Shown piece after piece: positions 11,851 to 24,254 of a stretch of 64,000 nt of DNA. Position 1 is the first letter of the stretch, and every line of letters starts with the position of its first letter. The DNA comes from Chrysomallon squamiferum (taxonomy: Eukaryota; Animalia; Mollusca). Below the pieces are notes generated by a model that did not search any database, was not told the DNA's origin, and worked only from the letters and a program-made list of their open reading frames with translations. Made by a program: the position numbers and the translations under genes. The stretch lies in assembly GCA_012295275.1 (NCBI GenBank), contig CM022668.1:6882001-6946000 (forward strand), in the 5' to 3' direction.

Positions 11851-14800
11851 TTATTTTTAGTAATACTTTTTTATTTCTTTAGAACAACCAAAATAAATTA
11901 ATCTCTTTAGTATGTACAATTCTTTTTAACAATGGGTTATTTTTTTATTTTTTTTTTGTCTTGCAGTAATTACAAGAAATTACCCATACACAGCAACGAT
12001 ATCGATCTCAAAATTACTGCAAATTTTGTAACAGCACAGCATCCAGTCTATGGCTCATAAAAGGCTGTGGTGACGTCAGACAGTGATATAAAGTGACCCT
12101 GCCACAATATATCACACATGCCAGTATGTGACACGCTGAATGCACTACCCATCTGAACACAAGCTATTGTTGTTGTTCACATTATAAAATGTCACAAGCT
12201 CCAAGGAGTGCTTTACAAATAACCACTCATCATAGAGTGTCAATTGTTAGCTTATCATGCCACTGTATATCCATGTACACATAAAACATGCTCATTTTTT
12301 TATTTATCAGTTTCTTACTAAACAGCGTTTGTCTACCACAGTGTTAGGATATCTTGTTGGTTTTGACATGTAAAAAAATATATTATTTTTAAAAGATTTT
12401 TGAATTTTTTTTTAATTTAAATTTTTTTAATTATTATTTTAAAAAAGAATTTAAAAAAGAAACCAAAATATAATTTTTTTAATGGTTTTGATACTGATCT
12501 ATATTCATTCAAAACTGAATGAATGAATAATTTCTGCTGACACTAAAGCAACAACACCACAAAAAAAACCTAGAAAAAAAGATCATGGGTGTCACTATGA
12601 TCATAAGAGAAAATATTAAAAATTAATCAGTGAAAAAGGCTGATACATAATTTACAACAAATACAAAACATTAATCATAAAATTATAGTTAAATATACAT
12701 TATGGATGTCAAATCAGTTCTGCATAAAAAAAATGAAAATATTTATCTTTCAAAATATATTTTCTATATTAACTTGGTCAGTTATGATACTGAGCAAATA
12801 TTATAAACATATGTACACTGCAATGCATTTCTTGTCACAAAAGTTTAGTTATAATCTGAAGGTTAAGATTTAAAAAACAGTCCTTACTTAATTCTGATTT
12901 TAGAAAAATCAATATTTGTTTTTATTTATAATCACAATTTCATAATCTATATCTAAGTGCAATTTGTTCACATAGGTGTTATTTTCATATTTATCAAACC
13001 AACGTGTACAAAACCGTATTTCAATTAACAAGTAATCAAAAAAATCTGAAAATTAAGTTTCCAATCACTTTAACAATGACCTCAGAGATATAAATAAACA
13101 CTCCTCTCCTGCTGTCTTACTAACAACAAAATCATGCCACCTGCTGTTATATTTGTAAATATAGCCAGTGCAAAAATGTTGAGTACATCACGACTGGAGA
13201 AGGCCAACTTTTTACAAGTTTTTCATTTGACATTTTAAAAAGACATTTTGTAAAAGATCAGTTTTAAAAAGCAATAACATTAAAAAAAATAATAACATCA
13301 GTGTCCAGCAAAGACCCACGGCACCATTTCCTATACACATAAAAGTTAATAAACATTTAAAACTCTTCATATAATTTTATTATTGTAGATGCTTTGAGAA
13401 AACGAAAATTTTATTCATTAACATTAACAGATTGTATATGCAGCATCTTTTTGACCAAAAAATCATATACCACTGCCTTTAACAAGGAAAATAATCGAAT
13501 ATATACACTGATGAAAACTGAGCTCCCAAACCATGTAAGGATGAAGGATCTCTTGGCCACTTCTCTACTGAACAATGTACATTTTTCTTTCATCTTAATT
13601 AATAAACTTACAAACATAAAAGGTGATATCAAATTTAAAACAGATTTCATGAAGACATTGATTTTTAGTGTTTGTATAGATTGTGTGTGCACACACATAT
13701 ATACAATTTTTTTTTAACTGTGTGATCTTAGAATATGTACCAAAATAATTAAAAAGTCACAAAAAAAATCAAACATTTTCATGTTCTTTTGATTCATCAT
13801 TCTTCTTTGTTTATTATTTAATCATAAAAACTGATACTTTATATATGCAGAATGTATAATTTTTATTAACACTTGACAAAAATCAGTCTTGCAGTTCAAC
13901 ATAAAAGACAGGATTTTCAAAAAAGTGCCTATTATCTCAATCACCAAAATTAATATTAACATACATGTGCAGAAATATGTCTATCATATCAATACAGATT
14001 ACACCTCAAACTTATTTTTTAAAGTGTAATGATAATCAAGTCATTTTTTTTTTTAAATTGGTATTTTGTCAGCTAGTTTCTTTTTTTCTTCAGTACTGAT
14101 GTATCAGTCTGCAGTGCCTATGACAAAGAAAAAAAATGTTTTTAAACAGAACTAGGCAAATATAGACTATATTTTAGAAGACTGCTTTTAATTTTCAAAT
14201 CAGTTATTGATGTCATTTCTGTTCAGTATTTTGGTTCCAGTTTTATTAGTAATATTCCTTCAGAACTTTAAAAAAAAAAAAAAAATACTTGGAGGAACTA
14301 GATAAGAAAGAAAAAGTGACTGATTTGACAGGTCAGTGAGTTAGACATTTTATGTTTTTTCTTATTTCATTTTTTCAAAACATCAAAATATTAAATAAAA
14401 CATCTGCTGAACTGCAAGATTACAATATTTACATATAATACTTTTTGATCGTTTTTTCAACTGAGAACGACCAAATCACATTATCAACTTATCACTGTTA
14501 ATTTAGTAACTATCGTGATGGTTGCATACCAAAAGACGCGAAAAGTATTTGAATGCCACAACGTGTAACTGATTGTGCAAAGCAAGTCAAAATAATTATG
14601 GCAACTCGAATTTATAAATACAGCTGTGAGATTGTCTCGTCTGTTCATTTCATAATACTGAAGCAAAATTAATAAAATACATTGAATGATTGTTTATTCA
14701 CCAGACGCTATTCAGTCACCGTTCAGTCTGTTCTAAACAATGCACCATTTTAAATTATAATTTTATTCATTTCAACGAAATTTAAATTACTTGTGTAAGG

Positions 14801-15032
14801 TCATACTGAAAATTACTAGTTAGAATAAACACTGTTTCGAACGTTTCATCGTCTTACCATCGTCTTGTTTTTAAAATAATGCAGGACGCTATTCACAAAA
14901 TGAAGACATTCGGCAAAAATCTTTATCTCAAAAGATGCCGAGTTCGACCTCATTTTAACACCTACAATATAACAGCGTTTTCAAATACCAATTTGCACAT
15001 AAATATTTTACATAAATAGAACGAAATCTTAC

Positions 15033-15165
15033 CGAAAATTCAGGCCCTTTGGACCTATAACACTTATCGAAAGTACCAAATGCACCTCGTCTTTTGTAAT
15101 GTTTTCAAAAGAAAACTGCAACAATTCAAATTCCAAGATGGCTTCCCGACAATGACGCATGCGCC
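15033..15165 (-). promoter_or_regulatory. CTNNB1: probable beta-catenin promoter and non-coding exon 1
   Basis: Strong minus-strand donor CG|GTAAGAT at 15032. YY1-like GCCATCTT at 15142-15135. NRF1/CRE-like TGACGCATGCGC at 15153-15164. CpG-rich relative to the gene body. Confidence 0.6.
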
Positions 15166-15711
15166 GTTATCAAGCACCTGCAATGTAAATGCACGCTTTT
15201 GATTTTACTGCAGCACTGTAAAATATAGTTCCAAATTCGGATGGGTAATTTATAATTAAAATAGCTAATGTTTATTTCTCGAGTTAATCGCCTTATAGTC
15301 GCATATCGTACAATTTACATGTGTTCGAAAAGTTGTCTTTTCTGATTTCCTTTTGGTAAACTTTTCAGTGATATTCCTCCGCGATGATTATTTTGATTGG
15401 AATGCAAACAAATTTAACTTGAATATTGATGTGACAATACTTAAAGTTAAGATAACGGCTATTTCACATGCATACTTGTGTTCTGCTTTTTACCTACACA
15501 TATATGTATATATATATTTTTAATACTGCACAATACAAGCAAATATGTATATTAATATCGTAAATTTAAAAATTGAGTTCGACACACCTGTACAGCGTGT
15601 GACTCAAAACCACTCCCCTGGTGTCACCCACGCGTCCATGTTTTGTCATCAAGACGTAAAGTAAAATGATTCCTTGAAAATTGTCAGTGTCCTCACTCGA
15701 CTGTCATTAAC

Positions 15712-15772
<61 letters not shown>

Positions 15773-15909
15773 TTTTAAAAATAGTAAAATTCGGCAAAAG
15801 TCAAGACAATAACGAAGATTTAATTTAGTCTTTTTATGTTGATTTTAAACGAGAAAAATGATTAATAAAAAGACACACTGATCCACGATTAGTTCTTCTT
15901 GATGTTATT

Positions 15910-15945
<36 letters not shown>

Positions 15946-16024
15946 TTACTAAATTCATTTATGTTTTAAAATTTATTGTTTATGGTGTTCTTATAACAAG
16001 CCACAAATAAACCTAGCAAACATT

Positions 16025-16055
<31 letters not shown>

Positions 16056-16835
16056 TAATATATCCTAGTGTGGATAGGGGGTGTGTGTATGAAATGACGT
16101 CAGAATTACAAGGAAACTAAATACGGCGCAGAAAAGTTTAGTGGTGATAATAGCTACGATTTGGCGGCAGAATAAAAGGTGGTGTCATTACTTACAGTAT
16201 TTGAAGAGCAACACAATTTCATAATGATAATATGAACGTGTTTTAGTGCTGTCATGGAGCTAATTAACCACAAACCACACGTTTATAAAGAGTGTGGATA
16301 ATTTTAATTATATGCTGCTGGTAATGGAAACATATTAAACATGGTTGCATGTTCCACCACCGATTATTGTTTGATTTGACTATGACAGTGACTAATGCAC
16401 TATATAATAATAATAATAATAATAAGTAGTAGTAGTAGTAGTAGTAATAGTAGTAGTAGTAGCAGTAGTAATATCAAACAGACATGTAGACCACATATAC
16501 ATACATACATACATACACACACACACAAATATATACATACACATATATACACACACACATACATACATACATACATATATACATATATACATATATTTCA
16601 TACATGCACGACCCTAACTAGACTCTTTTTGAAACAGTTAACAGCCGAGCGGAACGAAGCCAAACACAATTGGGCGAGCGGTCTGGGGGCCTCTTAAGGC
16701 AGAGACACAAACGAATTCATTCAGTGGATATCGTTTCTATCAGAACAGAGATTTATATTTTTTATTTAAAATATTTTGAAAATCGTCAATATCTATATGA
16801 GGCATTTGCCTCAATGTAGTTATGATCTTTTTTTT

Positions 16836-16970
16836 GTTAATTAGAAAGGGTAGCCCATGAAGACATCGGGTTTCTTCTCACGTTGTCTGTATGGTTCTTA
16901 ACCACATGACCAATTCATAAATAATAAGTGCTTTGTGCGCCCTTAAATAAAAACAGTTCATTCCTTCTTC
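16836..16970 (+). mobile_element. 3' fragment of a gastropod-type SINE
   Basis: gtagcccatga..cgggtttc..tggttcttaacca..ttaaataaaa..ttccttc resembles, from memory, the 3' part of an abundant gastropod SINE. No database check. Confidence 0.4.
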
Positions 16971-19900
16971 TGTTTTGCTTCTAACCTTTTTAGTTTATGA
17001 ACTCAAATTTTTCATGTGGCGGTACATATGCAAGGTCCACTAAAAATTCTTTGTGCTTCAATGTTATTATTTTATTGTTATACTTAATTGATTTTATTAT
17101 GAACTATAATCAACCCTCTCTCCCCCTCCAAAACAAAAAAAACAAAAAAAGAAAGAAAGAAAAAGAAAAAAAAAAAGAAAGAAAGCTTGTTGAATTCTTT
17201 AATATTTTCTTACTGTGCCATTTTAGTGTAAATGTAATCGAGAACCACGTGCGGAAGTGCCACACTCTACCAGACATTGCACGTGCATATCGTTTTGATT
17301 GCACGCTGCAGGCCAGTTGTTCGGCATGGAAACACCTGGTATTTCACTAGGATGTCCTCATGAGTGCACACACAACTTCGAAAAACCAATAAATAAAGCC
17401 TGTAAAATATAATTTGATAATACCACGCCTATAAAAAACAAACAAAAAAAAACATCACCATCAGGGAGGAAGGAGCAGCTGGGATGCTCGATTTGGACAG
17501 ACGTTTTGTTGTAACCAGAGACACTATACAGAGACAAAACAGAAGTTTGTAGGCCACTAGATTCGCCAATGACCGCCCTCAGAACGACGTACCCTGAGTT
17601 ACGTCTGCTGCACAGGACCGGAGTATCACTGCTCTCCAGAATCTGAGTCAAATAGCCACCATTCTTCATTCACGCTCAGAAAATCGGGAGCTTTCAATAA
17701 CCGGGCACGCCTACCTACGAAGAGACCTTCTGATTGCGCATCATTTTCAACTTCGTCTGCAGTGTCCTCTTTACTTAACAATTACGAATGTTAAAGTTGA
17801 TGTTCACATTCGCGATTTAACCAAATTTTTGCATTTTCTGGGCCGGTGCTTCCATCTGTTAGTCCGTGAAAATGAGGGTCAACAATATTTTTTCTAATTA
17901 CGTCACAACCGCAAGCTGATGACGAAACATATATTTAAAATTACTGTTTTGTTGTTACATTTCAAAATTAGTTAAGTTTGGACATTTGTTGAAATAATAA
18001 TAATAATAATGCATAAATTAATTAATTAATTAAAATGAAAAGTAACCAAAGGTGCAGTGCAGTTTAAAGCACAAATAACTAACAGTCATGATTAGCTTAA
18101 TAGGCAAGAAAAAAGAAAGAAAAAAGAAGAACGAAAACGACCACCCAGGTGAGCTGTTACGTTACAAGATGCCCGTGTTACGAATCGATGTGCCCCATCC
18201 CAATGTCCATTTTTTTTTAAATGCTGCAGACGTGACATATACAGCGAATCAAATTTATATTTACTATTATCCACATGCCTCATAAAACTGATATAAAACA
18301 CACACACACACACACACAAAACGCATTTCCACATAACTCGCGAATTAAACTTACGTATATTACTATAACATTAGATATTTGCATCTCATACTATCATGCA
18401 CTACTTAATTTACAAAGCGCCAACAAAATTTAATCAGAGGTTAATTAGCAGAAACCACAAGAATGATGATAACATTAGCTATTTATTTTCTAGACGTTTC
18501 GTATCCGTAATTGCATATATAATTATCTGCGGAAATCTCTCATTTTAAAACTAATTTCTAAAAGAAAAAGAAGCCGAGTGTGAGTGTGTGTGTGGACAAG
18601 AAAATCCACTGCTTCCTGTGGGCAGATTTCAAGCTAGTGGCGGCCCATTTTTTAAAATAAAATATGTAACGAAAAAAGACACGTGGCCGGCGCTACTACG
18701 AAGCCACCTAGGCAGCAGACGTCGGAAGAATGCATTATTGACATACGTGTTGAGGCGGTTTTATATAAATTAATGGTTATAGACAGTTTTTATCCAGTTT
18801 ATTGTTTTCAACTTTAACCGTACTGTTAAACTTAAATCAGTTTGGATGCAAGTACTTGGCCTTGCAAAGGGCACAAATAATCTATAAACACACACGCACA
18901 CACACACGCACACAGACGCATTGCCTAACAGCAGCAAATGTAAAGCTTGTGGCGGCCCGCGTATGCTAATGAGCATACAGGTAGGTTTACTGAATTTTAT
19001 CATTTTTGCACGAATGAAAGATGTATATATTATCATATTAATATATTTAAATCTATAATGAAACTAAAAATATAAAATTTGTAATCTAGATGATACACAT
19101 ATATAATTACATTGAATTATAATAATCGAAAAATGATACTGAAGCGTTTTACGTCGACAGACAACTTCAGCTGAGAATTTTAAATTGTAATACAGGACGG
19201 CCTTTTACCCTGTTGTATGTTTAAAATTATACATTTAGCTGATTTTATGTTAGGTTAGTTTTTGATTAATTGAAAAAAACGTAAAAATAAAAATAGAAAA
19301 ACGGAAAAACAACAATAATAATAATAATCATAATCATCAACATCATTATCATCATCATCATCATAACCAATCATAATCAACATATAAATGAATTTAGGCT
19401 ATGCAAATTCATAATCTTCAAATGTATCATTTAATAAATTTGCTAATTTCTTATCATTATTATCTTGTTTACTTTACTCTTAAAATAATAATGTTATGCC
19501 TAAAAACCTAGCATGGATTCATTAGTGTCGTACGAAAAAAACAATTATCAGTTGATGACTTATTCTGTTTAGTACATTTGATCACACACATCACTAAATT
19601 ATGATTTGACATTTTCTCATGTGTATTTGAAGTTAACGATTTCACACACACAGAGACTTTTCCATTTTAAAAATAAATAATAAACTAAAAGTAAATAAAT
19701 AAATAATTCCTCGAAGGACATTTTAAAATATCAGCTTTTCTCAAATTAAAATATCTAAAATACGATTAAATAATAAAGGAAATATACAGCGTTCAAATAC
19801 TCCAATTTCTCTTCTATCATATTATTTCTTGCTTTTTACATCCCTCATAAAAAAAAAATGACCACATATCAAATCACACTTTTATCGAAACGTTCTATGA

Positions 19901-20236
19901 TTTACAAGAGGTGCTACACTACACAATTATTTTATTTTATTTCATTTCATTTCATTTTATTAAAATATTTTATTTTATTTTTTCACACTTTTATTGGAAA
20001 TATTCTAAGTGGGATTTCTTCGGTCCTGTACTTCGATTTATTTCCTCTCTTTGATACGACAAATACAAAAAAAAAAAATAAAAAAAATATATATAATCCC
20101 TTTTTGCTAACTGAAATGCATTTTAACTATTGATTTAAAAGATGATGACAGCTTTGTTAAATAATGACTATATTTTCTTTCATCTTACTATGAGGAAAAT
20201 GTAACATCAAACTGTCGTCTGCAACATTAGCTTGGA

Positions 20237-20320
20237 AGAGTAGCGTCCCTTCCATGAGCTTTACGACTCTTTCGACATGCCATTTTGTATAATTTCTGGG
20301 TCTTTATTTTCTTGTATGGT
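20237..20320 (+). promoter_or_regulatory. candidate Pol II promoter and first exon of an unannotated plus-strand transcript
   Basis: TCT-like initiator CTCTTTC at 20267-20273, YY1 motif GCCATTTTG at 20279-20287, donor GT|GTAAGT at 20321. CpG-rich. Confidence 0.45.
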
Positions 20321-20698
20321 GTAAGTAGTCGGGATTGTTGAATTATAAAGGGTTGATTAAGTTCACTGAAATGATTGCAGGAATAACAGTACATTTTTGC
20401 GAAGATTAAATATTTAATACGAAGTTCGACTGTTAACTGAAATGTGTATGTTAGTACTGTAACTGTATAATGTGAGAATCAGCTACTTGAATAATCCATG
20501 ATACAGCAAATTATATGTTGGTAGCAGGCGCAGGGTTAGTCTGTGATGGTTTGTCACAAAAGAGTCACTTAGTATGTGGCTGCCTGCAGTTTTGGATTCT
20601 AGGTTAACCCATTATCCATCCGAATTTTTGGACTAACGCAGGTACCGAGATACTGAACGATAGATATATCATCATCATCATCATAATCAATCATTATC

Positions 20699-20771
<73 letters not shown>

Positions 20772-21252
20772 TGAAAAATATTAACATAGATAAAATAAGA
20801 GAAATTATCAAATCCTTATTTTCTATTTGTATTTATTTATATAGAAATAAGGGGTTTTAAATGTGTACTTTTGACCTAGCTATAATCCCTTGAAATATAT
20901 ATATGTCATTTGACTTCGTATAGTTATGTCCTGATAGTTATTAGTAAATATACAAATTTGTAGAAGATAATTTTGTGGATTCATAATGAAAGTTCTAACA
21001 TTTCAATGTATTCATATAGTCCATACTGAAAATATCAGTGGTTTCATGAAATTATTTGTTCCAGATATAATTTAGATTTATATTTAAGGCTGCATTTTGA
21101 AAGCAGATTTGTGATAATAAATTTAAAAATAATGACATTAAATAAATAAATGTTTCAAATTATATATACTTTTTATAATCAGTTATTATTCAGTTTCGCT
21201 TAAATTCGAAGAAGTCTTAAATTTAAAAACATTACGACAAGGCAAAAATTGG

Positions 21253-21309
<57 letters not shown>

Positions 21310-22109
21310 AAAAAAAAAAAAAAAATAAAGCATGTAGTCTATTCGACCTTCCACTAATCGTACAATTAAACTAATAGAGAGTTACATCCCTTACTTGGCG
21401 GGATTTGGGTCAAATTCACTCAGGATCATCGAATTTGATAAGGTAGCTGTTATAGTTGTTGCATTAGATAAGGCAACTGAATAATGAATTAAAAATGAAA
21501 AAGAAGTAGAAAAAAAGCAACGTACTAAGTGTGGATGGTCGAGCGGCTGAGACCATCACTATCACTATATTTAGTATATAATGAAGATTACAGTTTACGA
21601 AGTCATTCAAAATGGTAGACCGTAACTCCATTGCCGCCATTGCCGGCATTGGAATGAAACTTCTTAAGTTCTTGCTTTGACAGTCTGAGCACGTAAGATG
21701 GTTCTTTGAGCATAATTCATAATTCGTATTAAAAATAAAATCTTACATTTGCTGTTGCAAATTAAAACGAACAAAGTCGAGTCATAGGCAGACATCTTAT
21801 GTATGGCGAAGCAAGAAATAAATAGTAAAACACGTACTTTCACAACCAAATAAAAGATGTCTTGCAGATAACTAAAATAATAATAAGAAGAAGAAATTCT
21901 TGACGACATTCGTTTAAAATAGCAAAATTGACATATTGAACAGACACTCTGGATACCGAAATTAAACGATATTAAGGAAAACGGTATTTTCTCTATTTGC
22001 TACTGGTAACCAAATTTGTTTTTTAATTTTCCAGCTACTGTATACGAACATACGTATCCAAAAATAAAATAATAAAATAAAAATAAAAATGGTAATTTCT
22101 CATTGACAG

Positions 22110-22199
22110 GATGGATGCCAGGATTCACAATGTGTCAAAGATCAACACTTTGTAATATAATTTCATTACAAAGTCCTAGATAGAAGCTCTTAAAAAGAG
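22110..22199 (+). ncRNA. candidate internal exon of a non-coding transcript
   Basis: Acceptor tttctcattgacag ending 22109 and donor AG|GTGAGA at 22200. Only a 14-codon ORF (MDARIHNVSKINTL*). Confidence 0.3.
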
Positions 22200-22699
22200 G
22201 TGAGAATTCTCTTTTTCTCATTCTAAACATTAGGCCTTTACGGTAATTTTTTTCAGGGGGCCCAATGAAGAGGTCAGATTCCTCCAATTACTAACCAGAG
22301 TTATTATACTGTTACCATAGCAATCAATCACAAATTTTAAAAATATGTAATTTTGTCTTAAAGATGATATTTTGCCCTGTTACGGAAACTATTGAAATGA
22401 AAGTATTTTGGGCGTGAAACATCAAATGTAGTTCAACCTAATTTAAAAAACCATTAATAATTTTTTTTTTTTTCTTTGCTGTGGTAAATTTTTTATGTTT
22501 AAATTTAAGATTTTTAGAAATTACATTTTTCAGTCTGTTTCTGTGGCAACTTCAATTGTAGGATTGCTGCAGTGAATAAGGTAAAAGAAAATGAACATGA
22601 AGCAGAAGTATTCAAAAAAATTCATAAGTACATCCATAAAAACTTGATTCCACTGAACTGGCACATCACCTATGCACTATCAGTGGGAATTTCATCAAT

Positions 22700-23470
22700 T
22701 TGAAGATTTTATCATCTTGTCCTGGTCATTATTGTACAGAAGTTGAAATTCAGTGATTTCTGCTTTCCATCAACCATTGATTTAACCACCATGCCACAAT
22801 AGTCCTCTTCTACATCATCAGAATGTCTCCAGAATAAACTATTGTCCAGTGATAACATAAGGGTTCACAAGAACTTGCAGAAGATGGACTGTCTATCAGT
22901 TTTTCTAGCTGGTCTTCAAATTCTGTCTTATTTGCCTTGGAATATGGCACCCTGGGTGAAGGATGCATGTAGGCATCCATACCAAATTTTTAATAAAATG
23001 AACATATCTGCATATTCTGGAGATATGGTGTGCAGATCAGTTCTTCAAACACTTGGTCTTTCTTTGCAGGGATATCTTCAAATACAGAATCTGCATCACC
23101 TGTATGAAGTGGTGTTGGATCCACAATTTAATCACATCCATGGCCCTGTTATGTAATTCCCAGTAAGTCCAGAAGTCTGCATGGTTGCCTACCACTGTTT
23201 TCCCTTTAGTCCATTTAGAATAGCTCTTTGTAAATCGTTTGATGGCTGGTAAATATTTGTAACAAACTACTATTTCTCTGGTGTAGTAAAATGCAAGTCC
23301 GGCATCTAGCAGTAATATATGAAAACAATTTCCAATAAACTAGTAAAAATATACTTTTTGATTGGAATCCTCCCCTCTCACCCTGCTGTTTTTCAGATGA
23401 ACCTCCAAGTCCTGTTTTAGCATTGTAGAAAAGCTTACCAACAGCTCTGACCAATGCTTTTGTACCAATT
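22700..23470 (-). mobile_element. decayed DDE transposase relic (hAT-like, family uncertain)
   Basis: Frameshifted motifs LVRAVGKLFYNAKTG, FIGNCFHILLLDAGLAFYY (23339-23283), GLTGNYITGPWM* and DPTPLHTGDADSVFEDIP. They match remembered GNRF.ILF and TGPWM transposase motifs. Confidence 0.55.
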
Positions 23471-23477
23471 TAAAACT

Positions 23478-23732
23478 GCTGAAGTGTTTGGCTGTCCAGG
23501 TATTGCCCTGCTCTGCAGCATACTTGGCTATCTTGGACCTTGTTTGAGGAGAGAAGTGGTTGTTCACTCTTTTTCGTTTAACCCACAGCAGCTGATGGCT
23601 GTTATTGGAGTTTTGAGGTCTTATCTCACTATAGTTTTGTTGACCATTTTCTCCAGCTTTCTGGGGAGTTGACTCTTTACTTGGGTCTGGCAAACCATCT
23701 TCACCTTCCTCGAAATGTGAATGTATTTCCAC
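23478..23732 (-). mobile_element. pogo/Tc2-like transposase N-terminal Brinker-type HTH relic
   Basis: KRKRVNNHFSPQTRSKIAKYAAEQGNTWTAKHFS matches the pogo-type consensus Y.PE.RAKIGKYAAEHGN.AA.RHFS. Confidence 0.65.
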
Positions 23733-24254
23733 ATGATTACAAATTGTTGATAAAACAATATGTGAATGTGAAAAAAAATTAACGTGCTAATCGGAGCAAG
23801 CTGTTGTGAAGCATGTCTACAACAGGCACACTTTCTGACATGTCAGCGGGCGTGTGTGTCGCAGAAAAGAGTTTTTGGGTAAGGAAAGAGAATGGGAGTG
23901 TCCAGCATGTAAGATCATAACGAACTGGTTGCAATGTTTTGTTGTTGTTTTCTGCTCATTGTTATTTCGGGACTTGTGTAGCTCATTGACTGTCTGTTTT
24001 TTTGTTTTTATTTTTTTTTGTTCCTCACCTGTTCTGTACTCGGGTGCTCTGGTGAATGTTTTCTTCTTCTTTCTGGCTGTTTCCCTCTGATGCAACCATT
24101 CCAATTTTCTGCCAATGATCTTTTCATTGATTTAAAAGATGTTATATACACCTGCACCTGAAAAGAGTAATTAACTTACTTACATTTATTATGTACAGTT
24201 TTTAAGTTCCGATAGCCGAGTTAGTAAAGTCTGAAAGTAAGTATTGATACATAA

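Noticed and set aside
14856-14870. Second minus-strand donor ATG|GTAAGA near the beta-catenin promoter
   Set aside because: Spliced to exon 10254 it gives ATG ATT TGA, so it is not a coding start. UTR use cannot be judged from sequence.
15190-15210. TCF/LEF autoregulatory site near the beta-catenin promoter
   Set aside because: CTTTTGAT is an imperfect match and common in AT-rich DNA.
16392-16697. ORFs with YMYICI or HTHTYI repeats, likewise at 48573, 52182, 53677-54100, 54377, 55196, 57336-57707 and 60849
   Set aside because: Stop-free translations of microsatellites.
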